32,000 nucleotides of DNA. Origin: Mycobacterium tuberculosis H37Rv (GTDB taxonomy: Bacteria > Actinomycetota > Actinomycetes > Mycobacteriales > Mycobacteriaceae). Made by a program: the position numbers and the translations under genes. The notes beneath the pieces were generated by a model, which was given only the letters and a program-made list of their open reading frames with translations, was not told the origin of the DNA and did not search any database. The DNA lies in contig NC_000962.3 in NCBI RefSeq assembly GCF_000195955.2, positions 510,001 through 542,000 on the forward strand, given 5' to 3'. Positions 20,296 to 32,000 of this stretch are shown piece by piece (position 1 is the first letter of the stretch; each line of letters begins with the position of its first letter).

Positions 20296-20724
20296 CTACG
20301 GTACCGAGAACACCACGCAGTCGTGTAGGCAACCTTTGGCCGCTGTGGGCGAGTCGGGGGCCGCGTCTCGGTGCAGCAGCGCGCGGATGGGTACGACACC
20401 GCAGCGGGCGGTGTCGTCATCGGGGCCTGCGTCCGACGCCTGGGCACGGCCGTCGACGATCAGCGAGTAGCCGCTAGGATCGGATGGCGGCCACAACAGG
20501 GTGACTTCGCTGCGGTGGGCCAGGTTTTGCCGCGTACGACCCCCGATCAGGCCGACGTCGACCACTGCCCGGGGTCCATCGGGGCCGTCGGGGAGTTCGC
20601 GCAGCACCGGCTCGACTGCCACCGTGTGCACGCGATGGCCATCATCGACGGTGATCAGGTAAGCGAACGGGTAGTCGGGCAAGGCGGCGGCCAGCCGTTT
20701 GAGGTCTACCTTTTTGGCACCCAC
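20296..20724 (-). CDS. Conserved hypothetical protein, possibly a PNPOx-like split-barrel fold (Rv0441c-like, 142 aa)
   Basis: The ORF is clean and coding-like. The pattern [19 protein letters not shown]...[19 protein letters not shown]...YSLIVDGRA resembles pyridoxamine-phosphate-oxidase-like proteins. This fold call is from pattern only. Confidence 0.6.
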
Positions 20725-20750
20725 GGATTCGAGGATAGGCGCCCGATGTG

Positions 20751-22214
20751 TTACTCCGAACCGACCGGCTGCCCGATCCGCGGGCTGGCGTAGGCGGATT
20801 CGCGGTCGGGGCTCGGGTAGAAGTTCGACTTGGGGATGCCGGAGCCGGGGGTACTCGGCTCACGCACGGCGGTATTCCGCAAGCCCGAGTCGTTGCTGCC
20901 CGAGTTGACGAAGCTCGGGTAGCTGGTGCCAGGGCTTCTAAGGCCCGGGTTTGCGCCCGAGCCAGCCGCGGCACTGCCGCTACCGGGGTTCGGGTTGCCT
21001 GAGTCCAGGCCGCCAACAGGAGCACTGGCCGGGGCGGCGACGGGCGTGTTGGTCAGGCCCGAGTTGAGGACGTTCGCCAGGCCGTGTTGGAGACCGCCCG
21101 TTGATCCGAGGGCGGAGGCGAGGATGCCCGAACTCAAAGCCGCCGTGCTCATGCCGCCGGTGGCGTAGCCGGCGGAGCTGACCAAGGCCGCCTCCGAGCC
21201 AGCCGCGCTTCCTAAGGCGGCGTTTTGCATCCCCGCGTTCCAGAAGCTGGTGTTGAGGCTGCCTGCGCTGCCGAGGCCCGCGTTGATTGTCCCCGAGGTC
21301 CCGATGCCGCTGTTCAGGGAGCCCGAATTCCCGATGCCGATGTTTCCGCTGCCGGAGTTGAATAAGCCGACGTTGCCGGTGCCCGAGTTCCCGAAGCCGA
21401 TGTTGCCGCTACCCGAGTTGAAGCCGCCGAAACCCATCTGGTGATCACCGGTGATCCCGAACCCGATATTCCCGCTACCGGTGTTGCCGAAGCCGATATT
21501 CCCGTCGCCGAGGTTGCCGAGGCCCAGGTTGCCGCTGCCGGTGTTGCCGCTGCCGATGTTGCCGGTGCCGGTGTTGCCGCTGCCGATGTTGTTGTTGCCG
21601 ATGTTGTTGTTGCCGATGTTGCCGCTGCCGGTGTTGCCGAAGCCCAGATTGATCTGGCCGTTCTTGCCGATGTCGATGCCGAGGTTCCGCAAGACCTGCT
21701 GCCAGGGCGCCAGTTGTGCGACGGCCGCAGACGCATCGAAGTGGTAACCAGCCATCGCCGCCACGTCCAATGCCCACATTTGCTCGTATGCCGCCTCGAC
21801 GTCCATGAGCGCCGGAGCATTCTGCCCAAACCAGTTCGTAGCTGCCAGCAGCTGCATCAGGCCACGATTGGCCGCTACCACTGCCGGCTGCACGGTGGCC
21901 GCCAGCGCCGCCTCGAACGCGGTCGCTATTGCCATGGCCTGTGCGGCCGCTTGTTCCGCCTGCGCTGCCGCCGTGCTGAGCCAGGCTAGGTACTGGGTTG
22001 CGACGGCCATCATCGCCGCCGCGGACGGACCCAGCCAGGCGCCACTAGTCAGTTCGGATGTGACGGAGCCAAGCGACGCTATTGACGCGAGCAATTCTTC
22101 GGCCAGCTCGCCCCAGGCGGTGGCCGCAGCAATTAGCGGTCCCGACCCGGGACCGGCAAACATCAGTGCCGAATTGATCTCTGGCGGCAACCACGCAAAA
22201 TGCGGGCTTGTCAC
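20751..22214 (-). CDS. PPE10: PPE family protein, MPTR subfamily (PPE10), 487 aa
   Basis: The start is GTG 22214. The N-terminal PPE domain reads [23 protein letters not shown]. The centre carries NxGxGNxG repeats, followed by a Ser/Gly/Asn-rich tail. Confidence 0.93.
   Translation of the reverse strand: MTSPHFAWLPPEINSALMFAGPGSGPLIAAATAWGELAEELLASIASLGSVTSELTSGAWLGPSAAAMMAVATQYLAWLSTAAAQAEQAAAQAMAIATAFEAALAATVQPAVVAANRGLMQLLAATNWFGQNAPALMDVEAAYEQMWALDVAAMAGYHFDASAAVAQLAPWQQVLRNLGIDIGKNGQINLGFGNTGSGNIGNNNIGNNNIGSGNTGTGNIGSGNTGSGNLGLGNLGDGNIGFGNTGSGNIGFGITGDHQMGFGGFNSGSGNIGFGNSGTGNVGLFNSGSGNIGIGNSGSLNSGIGTSGTINAGLGSAGSLNTSFWNAGMQNAALGSAAGSEAALVSSAGYATGGMSTAALSSGILASALGSTGGLQHGLANVLNSGLTNTPVAAPASAPVGGLDSGNPNPGSGSAAAGSGANPGLRSPGTSYPSFVNSGSNDSGLRNTAVREPSTPGSGIPKSNFYPSPDRESAYASPRIGQPVGSE
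21240..21650 (-). repeat. MPTR-type degenerate tandem repeats inside PPE10, encoding (N-x-G-x-G) pentapeptide units
   Basis: The + strand shows reiterated ccggtgttgcc / ccgatgttgcc / ccgatattccc units with 15-nt periodicity. The protein reads [63 protein letters not shown]... Confidence 0.9.
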
Positions 22215-22395
22215 TGATCCAACTTAACTGTCAGCGACCGTTGCCGTGGCGGTATCGGCACTTCAATACCACTCATCTTTGGGGTCATCTTTGGAGCGCC
22301 CCTAGGAACCGCCAGCTTACCTAGTCCCGGGTAGGGGCCGACTGGCGGCCGGGATGCAGCTGAGGGTCTGCCACCTGCCCCGTAATGTCGCTGGT

Positions 22396-22911
22396 ATGGC
22401 AAGCACCGACGCCGCGGCCCAAGAGTTGCTCCGCGACGCGTTCACCCGGTTGATCGAACATGTCGACGAACTCACCGACGGCCTCACCGACCAACTCGCC
22501 TGCTACCGCCCGACCCCCAGCGCCAACAGCATTGCGTGGCTGCTCTGGCACAGCGCCCGGGTGCAGGATATACAGGTCGCCCATGTGGCCGGCGTGGAAG
22601 AGGTGTGGACCCGCGACGGTTGGGTGGACCGCTTTGGGTTAGATCTGCCGCGGCACGACACCGGATATGGACACCGTCCCGAGGATGTGGCGAAGGTACG
22701 GGCACCCGCCGACCTGCTGTCGGGGTACTACCACGCGGTGCATAAACTGACCCTGGAATACATCGCTGGCATGACCGCAGATGAGTTGTCCCGTGTGGTG
22801 GATACCAGTTGGAATCCGCCGGTTACCGTCAGCGCACGGTTGGTGAGCATCGTCGACGACTGCGCTCAGCACCTCGGGCAGGCCGCCTACCTGCGGGGGA
22901 TAGCCCGATAA
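22396..22911 (+). CDS. DinB/DUF664-family protein (Rv0443-like, 171 aa)
   Basis: The chosen start is ATG 22396. The motif ANSIAWLLWHSARVQDIQVAH is typical of DinB_2/DUF664 (mycothiol-dependent enzyme superfamily) proteins. Confidence 0.8.
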   Translation: MASTDAAAQELLRDAFTRLIEHVDELTDGLTDQLACYRPTPSANSIAWLLWHSARVQDIQVAHVAGVEEVWTRDGWVDRFGLDLPRHDTGYGHRPEDVAKVRAPADLLSGYYHAVHKLTLEYIAGMTADELSRVVDTSWNPPVTVSARLVSIVDDCAQHLGQAAYLRGIAR

Positions 22912-23090
22912 CGGCGACATCCGCCGGATCGCTGAGGCGATGGTCAGCTACGCCGAAGATCGCCTGCACCGATGGTTACCTGACGCTAGCCGGCAGCGCC
23001 GCCCTAGTGGTACCCGGCGTGTTCGTCGCGATGCTGGGCACCATTGTCGCGCCGAGACTGCGGTGAGGGGCCGGGGTGTGCGTCCTCGGC

Positions 23091-23789
23091 TCACCCGAGC
23101 GGCAGCTCGGCCAAGATGGTACCGGTGGGCTGTGGTGATCCGGTGCCGGGTTCGACGGTGAATGCCAGTGCGGTCGAGGCTCCGAGATCGGTCAGCGTCG
23201 CCGTCGTCGAGGGCGTCACCGCCGCGGTGCCCATCGTCCCCGCCGACCTCGGCCCTTTGGCCCCTCCCAGCAGCCACATCTGATACACGGTTCCCCGGGA
23301 TGGTGGCGCCACATTGTTCATCACCAGCAGACCTGTGTTGCGGTCGCGGGAGAACACCACCGTGGCCGTCCCGGCGCCCAGTGGGCGAGAGACCGTCCGT
23401 ACGTCCGGCGCCGTCAGAACTTGCTCGGCCACGGTGGGGGGTGGCGATGGCCGGGTCAGCACCCCCAGGCCGAACGCCCCCAGCCCCACAGCGATCGCCG
23501 CTGCGGACGCAAAGGCTGCCGTACGCCAGCGTGATTGGCGCCTAACCTCGGGCTTGGTCGCATCCAGGATGGCCGTCCGCAGATGTGCTGGCGGCTCGGC
23601 GGTGGTGGCCGCCGAGACGACGGCCATCGTCTCGCGGACGGCTCGAACTTCGTCGTTGAAAGCCGCGGCTACCGGCGAGGGCGCGGCGGCCACCCGTCGG
23701 TCGATGTCGGCTCGTTCATCGTCGGACACAGCGTTCAGGGCATACGGGGTAGCCAGCTCGAGCAGCTCAAAATCGGTATGTTCAGTCAT
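23091..23789 (-). CDS. rskA: Anti-sigma-K factor RskA, 232 aa
   Basis: The protein has an N-terminal anti-sigma domain ([24 protein letters not shown]), a single TM segment ([24 protein letters not shown]) and an extracytoplasmic C-terminal domain. It lies 43 bp downstream of sigK. Confidence 0.92.
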   Translation of the reverse strand: MTEHTDFELLELATPYALNAVSDDERADIDRRVAAAPSPVAAAFNDEVRAVRETMAVVSAATTAEPPAHLRTAILDATKPEVRRQSRWRTAAFASAAAIAVGLGAFGLGVLTRPSPPPTVAEQVLTAPDVRTVSRPLGAGTATVVFSRDRNTGLLVMNNVAPPSRGTVYQMWLLGGAKGPRSAGTMGTAAVTPSTTATLTDLGASTALAFTVEPGTGSPQPTGTILAELPLG

Positions 23790-23832
23790 GAGCGCCGCTC
23801 TCCCAACGCATCGCTTCGCTCGGCCGGCGCAG

Positions 23833-24396
23833 TCATGACACGTCCAGGCAGTTGCGCAGGCTGCGCAGGGCGTCGCGCATGCGGGATTTGATGGTCGACA
23901 GATTGGCCGCTAACCGCCGCGAAACTTCGACATACGTCAGCCCGCCGTAGTAGGCCAGTTCGATGCACTGCCGCTGCGTGTCGGTCAACGCCTTGAGGCA
24001 CTCGGTCACCCGGCGCCGCTCATCACCGGCGATCGCCAGGTCGGCGACGACGTCACTCGCGGGATCGACGTTGGCCGCACCATAGCGCACTTCCCGCTGG
24101 TTGCCGGCTTGCTCGCAACGGACTCGGTCGACAGCGCGCCGGTGGGCCATGGTCAAAAGCCAGGCCAACGCGGAACCTTTGGCGGAGTCAAACTCCGACG
24201 CGTTCCGCCACACCTCAAGATAGATCTCCTGGGTGGTTTCTTCGCTGTAGCCGGTATCACGCAGCACCCGCATCACCAGTCCATACACCCGCGACTTGGT
24301 GTGGTCGTAGAATTCGGCGAATGCGGCCTGGTCGTGACCAGCGACCCGGCGCAACAGGGCGTCCAGGTCGCTGCTCAGCCGTGGCGGTCCGGTCAT
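23833..24396 (-). CDS. sigK: ECF RNA polymerase sigma factor SigK, 187 aa
   Basis: Sigma70 region 2 reads [27 protein letters not shown]. Region 4 HTH reads [41 protein letters not shown]. The ATG start is intact at 24396..24394. Confidence 0.95.
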   Translation of the reverse strand: MTGPPRLSSDLDALLRRVAGHDQAAFAEFYDHTKSRVYGLVMRVLRDTGYSEETTQEIYLEVWRNASEFDSAKGSALAWLLTMAHRRAVDRVRCEQAGNQREVRYGAANVDPASDVVADLAIAGDERRRVTECLKALTDTQRQCIELAYYGGLTYVEVSRRLAANLSTIKSRMRDALRSLRNCLDVS

Positions 24397-24444
24397 CGAT
24401 GGGTAGCCTATCGCCAGCCGGCGCCGTGATGGTCAAGCCGGTCA

Positions 24445-25227
24445 TCACCGACGCGCCGATCGCGGTGGCCGGGGCACGAAATAGGCTGTTCGCCTTTGAT
24501 ATTCGGCGAAACCGGGGCGACCCTTCAGGTATCTCTCAGTCAGCCGGGCTCCGCTGACGTCCACCAGCAGGTAGGTCATCAGCAGCGGCGAACCCACCGT
24601 GGCCAGCGGCGCCCAGTCGTTGATCGTGATCAACCACAACCCCCACCAGACACAGGCATCGCCGAAGTAGTTGGGGTGACGCGTCCAGGCCCACAGGCCG
24701 CGGTCCATGATGACCCCGCGATTGGCCGGGTCGGATTTGAATACCCACAGTTGCCAATCTCCCACCGCTTCGAAGGTGATACCGACCAGCCACACGGCTA
24801 AGCCCACGCCCCCAACAGCCAGTAACGGCTTCGGCGTCGGCCCGGTGACTGCGGAAAGCTGCAGCGGGAATGAGACGAACAACGTCAGGAGGCCCTGTAA
24901 TCCGAAGACCTTGCGCAATGCCTGCACAGGCGTGGCACCGCGCAGCAGGTCGGCGTAGCGGGGATCCTCCCCCTGACCGGCTGTCTTGCGGTACATGTGC
25001 CAGCTCAGCCGCAGACCCCAGGTCGACACCAACGCTAGTAGCAGCCATCGGCGAACCGGGTCGCCGTGGCCGAGCGTCGCGGCGGCGACGGCGACGGCGA
25101 CGAAACCCAAGCCCCATACCACGTCGACGACGTTGTACCGGCCGATGCGGCGGCCGATCGCAAACGCCACCGAATGCACCACGGCCACAGCCAAAGCCGA
25201 CACGCTGGTTACCACGACGATGTTCAC
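24445..25227 (-). CDS. DUF1295-family polytopic membrane protein (steroid-5-alpha-reductase/ICMT-like fold; Rv0446c-like)
   Basis: There are multiple TM segments and a C-terminal WAWTRHPNYFGDACVWWGLWL motif. GTG 25227 overlaps the ufaA1 stop as GTGA. The exact start could be a few codons downstream. The 398-aa ORF extension is rejected. Confidence 0.82.
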   Translation of the reverse strand: MNIVVVTSVSALAVAVVHSVAFAIGRRIGRYNVVDVVWGLGFVAVAVAAATLGHGDPVRRWLLLALVSTWGLRLSWHMYRKTAGQGEDPRYADLLRGATPVQALRKVFGLQGLLTLFVSFPLQLSAVTGPTPKPLLAVGGVGLAVWLVGITFEAVGDWQLWVFKSDPANRGVIMDRGLWAWTRHPNYFGDACVWWGLWLITINDWAPLATVGSPLLMTYLLVDVSGARLTERYLKGRPGFAEYQRRTAYFVPRPPRSARR

Positions 25228-26507
25228 GGGGGGCCCTCGCGGATCAACGTCCACTGGTAGACGTCCAGATAGCCCGACCGGAAGCCCGCCTCCGAGTACG
25301 CCAGGTACAGCTCCCACATCCGTGCAAACACCTCGTCGAAACCTAAATGCGCCAGCCCATCTCGCCGCTGCATAAATCGTTCCCGCCAGAGCCGCAGCGT
25401 CTCGGCGTAATGCGGTCGCAGCGAGGCCGCGTCGACGATGCGCAGCCCGGTGTGTTGCCCGGTGATGTCGATGATGGCCTGCGTGGACGGTAGCAGTCCG
25501 CCAGGGAAGATGTACTTCTGGATCCAGGTCTGGGTGTGGCGGGTGGCCAGCATTCGGTGGTGCGGCATGGTGATCGCTTGAATCGCTACCGGGCCACCCG
25601 GGCGCACCAACTGTTCTAGCGCGGCGAAGTACCGTGGCCACGAACGGTATCCCACCGCCTCGATCATCTCGACTGAGACTACTGAGTCATACTGCCCGTC
25701 GACGTCGCGGTAGTCGCACAAGTCGATCTCTACCCGGTGGCCAAAGCCGGCCGCGGCGACCCGCTGCCGAGCCAGCCGTTGCTGCTCCACCGATAGGGTC
25801 ACCGAGCGGATGTGGGCCCCCCGTGCGGCCGCGCGAATGCACAGCTCGCCCCATCCGGTGCCGATCTCGAGAACGTGGCTGCCCTGCTGGACCCCGGCCA
25901 CGTCGAGCAGCCGGTCGATCTTGCGGCGTTGGGCTGCGGCCAACTCGGTCCAGGCGGGAGTTGGCTGGGCCAGCAGGTCGGTGAACATTGCGCACGAATA
26001 CGTCATGGTCTCGTCGAGAAACGCGGCGAACAGGTCGTTCGACAGGTCATAGTGCACGGCTATATTGCGCCGGGCCTGATCTCGGCTGTGGTCTGGCCAA
26101 CTAGGTCGAAAGGTCGGCGTGATCGGCCGCAGCCAGTGCAGCGAGCGCGGTACCAGCTCGTCCACCGACCCTGCCAGCACGGTCAACACCCGCGTGAGCT
26201 CCTTCGACGACCATTCGCCGGCCATGTAGGACTCGCCGAAGCCGATCAAGCCGTGGCGCCCGATCCGGCGTGCAAGTGCGTCCGGCCGATGGATGAACAG
26301 GCTGGGTGCGCGCGGATCGGCGGCACCTGTTGCCGTTCCGTCGGAGTAGACCAATCGCAGCGGCAAGTGAGTGGCCGTGCGCCGAAGCAGCCGGTTGGCG
26401 ATTGCCGCCGATGCCGCGGCTAGGGGACCGCGCGGCACCTTGGCAACCGCTGGCCAGCGATCCGAATCGATTGCTGCCGACGGTGTCTGGCTGGTTTCGA
26501 CGGTCAT
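25224..26507 (-). CDS. ufaA1: Cyclopropane-fatty-acyl-phospholipid-synthase-like SAM-dependent methyltransferase UfaA1, 427 aa
   Basis: SAM motif I is VLEIGTGWGEL, and CMAS-family similarity runs throughout. ATG 26507 overlaps the upstream gene's stop as ATGA. Confidence 0.92.
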   Translation of the reverse strand: MTVETSQTPSAAIDSDRWPAVAKVPRGPLAAASAAIANRLLRRTATHLPLRLVYSDGTATGAADPRAPSLFIHRPDALARRIGRHGLIGFGESYMAGEWSSKELTRVLTVLAGSVDELVPRSLHWLRPITPTFRPSWPDHSRDQARRNIAVHYDLSNDLFAAFLDETMTYSCAMFTDLLAQPTPAWTELAAAQRRKIDRLLDVAGVQQGSHVLEIGTGWGELCIRAAARGAHIRSVTLSVEQQRLARQRVAAAGFGHRVEIDLCDYRDVDGQYDSVVSVEMIEAVGYRSWPRYFAALEQLVRPGGPVAIQAITMPHHRMLATRHTQTWIQKYIFPGGLLPSTQAIIDITGQHTGLRIVDAASLRPHYAETLRLWRERFMQRRDGLAHLGFDEVFARMWELYLAYSEAGFRSGYLDVYQWTLIREGPP

Positions 26508-27235
26508 CGCGGCACCACCGGAACTCGACGTAGCCACAGTCTGATCCCCTGTATCCTGATGCGCGCGGCCACCACCATCGGCGCCAGCGGTGAAATGATT
26601 TGCATCATCGCGATCTGTCTTGTCGTTGCCGGTCGCCGCTGCCCACGCAGGGTGGCTGTGAATTCCGGGCACACCTGCCGGCGGTCACGGTGCAGCGTCA
26701 CCGTGACGTCGAGTTCGCGGTCGGGCCGTGGTGCCCGTATCAGGTAGTAGCCGGCTAGCTGATGAAACGGCGAAACGTAGAAGTTCTTGGCCGTCACCAC
26801 GGGCAGGTCGGCCGGCGGTAGCAGGTAAGCATGGCGTCCGCCGTAGGTGTTGTGCACCTCGGCAATGACATGGCGCAGTTGGCCGTCGCGGTCGTGGCAC
26901 CAGAAGATGCTCAACGGGTTGAAGACATAGCCGAGAACGCGTGCTTGCAGCAGCGCGGTGATACGGCCGTCGGGGACGGCAAGGCCGCGAGCGGCAAAGA
27001 AGGCGTCCAGCCGGTCACGCAGCGAGCTATGCGGCGGACACGAGAACGGGTCAGCGAAGTGGTCGTCGGCGTGGAACCGTGCGAACGGTCGCAGCCACCA
27101 GGGCAGCTGGGGGAGGTTGTCGACATCCACGTACCAGCTGTAGCTGCGGTATGCGAACGAGTGGTGCACCGGGACTTGTCTGCAGTGGCTGATCGTGGTG
27201 CGGTAGATCGCCGGCGTCAGGGTTTGAGTCAGCAC
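26504..27235 (-). CDS. DUF1365-family protein (Rv0448c-like)
   Basis: The N-terminus AIYRTTISHCRQVPVHHSFAYRSYSWYVDVD fits my memory of the conserved DUF1365 N-terminal pattern. I therefore favour GTG 27235, which overlaps the upstream stop by 7 nt, over internal starts. Confidence 0.8.
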   Translation of the reverse strand: MLTQTLTPAIYRTTISHCRQVPVHHSFAYRSYSWYVDVDNLPQLPWWLRPFARFHADDHFADPFSCPPHSSLRDRLDAFFAARGLAVPDGRITALLQARVLGYVFNPLSIFWCHDRDGQLRHVIAEVHNTYGGRHAYLLPPADLPVVTAKNFYVSPFHQLAGYYLIRAPRPDRELDVTVTLHRDRRQVCPEFTATLRGQRRPATTRQIAMMQIISPLAPMVVAARIRIQGIRLWLRRVPVVPR

Positions 27236-28548
27236 GCGACCATCGCCTCCTGTGGGATCGCTGCCGGCCAGTCGGCGCCAAGGCGCCGGGCCGCCCGCAG
27301 ACCCGAGGCGGCGCCGTCCTCGTGGAATCCCCAGCCGTGGTAGGCGCCGGCGAATACCACCCGATTGTCACCCAGCGTCGGCAATAAGCGTTGGGCTGCA
27401 ACCGATTCCGGTGTGTACAGCGGATGGCTGTAGGTCATCTCGGCGATCACCGAGCTGGGATCAACCCGGTCGTGGCCGCCGAGGGTGACCAGATACCGGC
27501 GGCCACCGTCGAGGCGCATTAGCCTGCTGATGTCGTAGCTGACCACGACCTGGTGCTGCCCGGGTGTCACCAGGTAGTTCCAGGATGCGCGGGCGCGATG
27601 GTGGCGGGGCAGGACCGACTCGTCGGTGTGCAGCTGGGCGCTGTTGGTGGAGTATGCGATCGCGCCCAGGACCGCGCGCTCGGCCGGTGTCGGCTCGTCG
27701 AGCAACAGCAGCGCCTGGTCGGGATGGACCGCGACGACGGCCGCATCGAAACGCCGCGACGGCCCATCACCCGCGCCCACCAATACCCCGTCCGGCAGCC
27801 GGCGCAGCGAGTGCACTGGCGTGCGGGTCGACACCTCGTCCAGCTGAGCTGCGATCGCCTGCACGTAGTTGGCGGAACCTCCGGTGACGGTACGCCAGGT
27901 TGGCGACCCGAACACCGACAGCATGCCGTGATGGTCGAGGAAGACGAACAGATACCGGGCCGGATAGCGCAAGGCGTCGGCCCCGCCGCAGGACCACACG
28001 GCGGCGACCAAGGGTGTGATGAAGTAATCGACGAAATACTGCGAGAAGTGGTGCCGGCTCAGGAAGGCTTCCAGCGTCTCCGGTTTGTCTTCCGCGTTGT
28101 CGGTCTCCTCACGCAGCAGGCGAGCCGCGGCGCGGTGGAAGCGGAGAATCTCGGCAAGCATGCACAGATACCGTGGCCGCAGCGATTGCCGGCAAGCGAA
28201 CAGCCCGCGCGCTCCCAGTGCGCCGGCATATTCGAGTCCGATGTCGTCGGCGCGCACCGACATCGACATTTCCGACTCCTGGGTGGCCACACCCAGTTCG
28301 GCGAACAATCGGCACAACGTTGGATAGGTTCGGTCGTTGTGCACCAGGAACGCCGAGTCGACGCCGACGACGTCGGTGCCCCGGGGGCCGCCACCGTTGT
28401 CCAGATAGTGGGTGTGGGCATGACCGCCCAGCCGGCCGTCCGCCTCGTACAGGGTGACTCGGTCCCGTCCAGACAGGATGTAGGCGGCGGTGAGGCCGGC
28501 GACCCCACTTCCGACAACAGCCACCGATCGTCGGAGTGATTGCTGCAC
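27229..28548 (-). CDS. FAD-dependent amine-oxidase/phytoene-desaturase-like oxidoreductase (Rv0449c-like, 439 aa)
   Basis: The start is GTG 28548. The dinucleotide-binding motif is VAVVGSGVAGLTAAYIL...YEADGRLGGHA. The C-terminus carries the amine-oxidase-like FAGAYHGWGFHEDG. Confidence 0.88.
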   Translation of the reverse strand: MQQSLRRSVAVVGSGVAGLTAAYILSGRDRVTLYEADGRLGGHAHTHYLDNGGGPRGTDVVGVDSAFLVHNDRTYPTLCRLFAELGVATQESEMSMSVRADDIGLEYAGALGARGLFACRQSLRPRYLCMLAEILRFHRAAARLLREETDNAEDKPETLEAFLSRHHFSQYFVDYFITPLVAAVWSCGGADALRYPARYLFVFLDHHGMLSVFGSPTWRTVTGGSANYVQAIAAQLDEVSTRTPVHSLRRLPDGVLVGAGDGPSRRFDAAVVAVHPDQALLLLDEPTPAERAVLGAIAYSTNSAQLHTDESVLPRHHRARASWNYLVTPGQHQVVVSYDISRLMRLDGGRRYLVTLGGHDRVDPSSVIAEMTYSHPLYTPESVAAQRLLPTLGDNRVVFAGAYHGWGFHEDGAASGLRAARRLGADWPAAIPQEAMVAC

Positions 28549-28587
28549 ATCCTGTATTCGGAGCGGCCGGCTAGACGGACGGGCGGT

Positions 28588-31931
<3,344 letters not shown>

Positions 31932-32000
31932 TCACCGGTTGGCAGTGGTACGGCGGACGATACCCAACTTTCAAAATCCGTTCGAGCTGGTCGCTACTTG

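Noticed and set aside
21240-21650. Highly regular short repeats that could be mistaken for a CRISPR array or a mobile-element remnant
   Set aside because: The 15-nt periodicity is in frame within PPE10 and encodes NxGxG pentapeptides. There are no unique spacers, no cas genes and no terminal inverted repeats.
22912-23090. A hydrophobic peptide (…LAGSAALVVPGVFVAMLGTIVAPRLR) encoded in the convergent gap between the DinB-like gene and rskA, plus weak hairpins near 23050-23095
   Set aside because: There is no ATG, GTG or TTG start upstream of the hydrophobic segment in that frame, because the frame is a read-on from inside the preceding gene. The hairpins have only 5-6 bp stems with large loops.
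25228-25641. The in-frame upstream extension that makes the DUF1295 gene a 398-aa ORF
   Set aside because: The extension is His/Arg/Pro-rich, overlaps the 3' end of ufaA1 in another frame, and has no TM character. GTG 25227 forms a GTGA coupling with the ufaA1 stop, and the membrane domain starts immediately after it.
27553-28539. A 328-aa + strand ORF opposite the FAD oxidoreductase gene
   Set aside because: It is an antisense GC-artefact with Arg/Gly/Val/Gln-rich low-information sequence. The minus-strand frame carries the GxGxxG and amine-oxidase motifs.

Overview
The gene content and order identify this window as core chromosome of the Mycobacterium tuberculosis complex. This is recognition from memory, not a database search. 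It is collinear with H37Rv Rv0423c (thiC, 5' end only) through Rv0451c (mmpS4). I support 30 CDS, a TPP riboswitch in front of thiC, two CIRCE operators in front of groEL2, a strong hairpin between groEL2 and the convergent downstream gene, and the MPTR-type repeat array inside PPE10. Genes are tightly packed, and many adjacent pairs share 1-7 nt start/stop overlaps. I see no rRNA, tRNA, CRISPR array, IS element, prophage or obvious horizontally acquired island, so nothing here looks like an inserted novel system. The points most worth a second look sit inside known loci. (1) The SigK/RskA-linked four-gene lipid-modification cassette has no defined product. (2) The N-terminal 630 aa of the giant P-type ATPase CtpH reads as a degenerate second P-type ATPase module. 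(3) The two small membrane proteins flanking ctpH share an L-[IV]-D-W-P motif. (4) A p97/Cdc48-like AAA+ gene is translationally coupled to pssA-psd. (5) Several repeat or operator-like motifs and a possible coupled uORF lie in the few real intergenic gaps. Most long ORFs in the six-frame track are antisense or out-of-frame artefacts of about 65% GC DNA.
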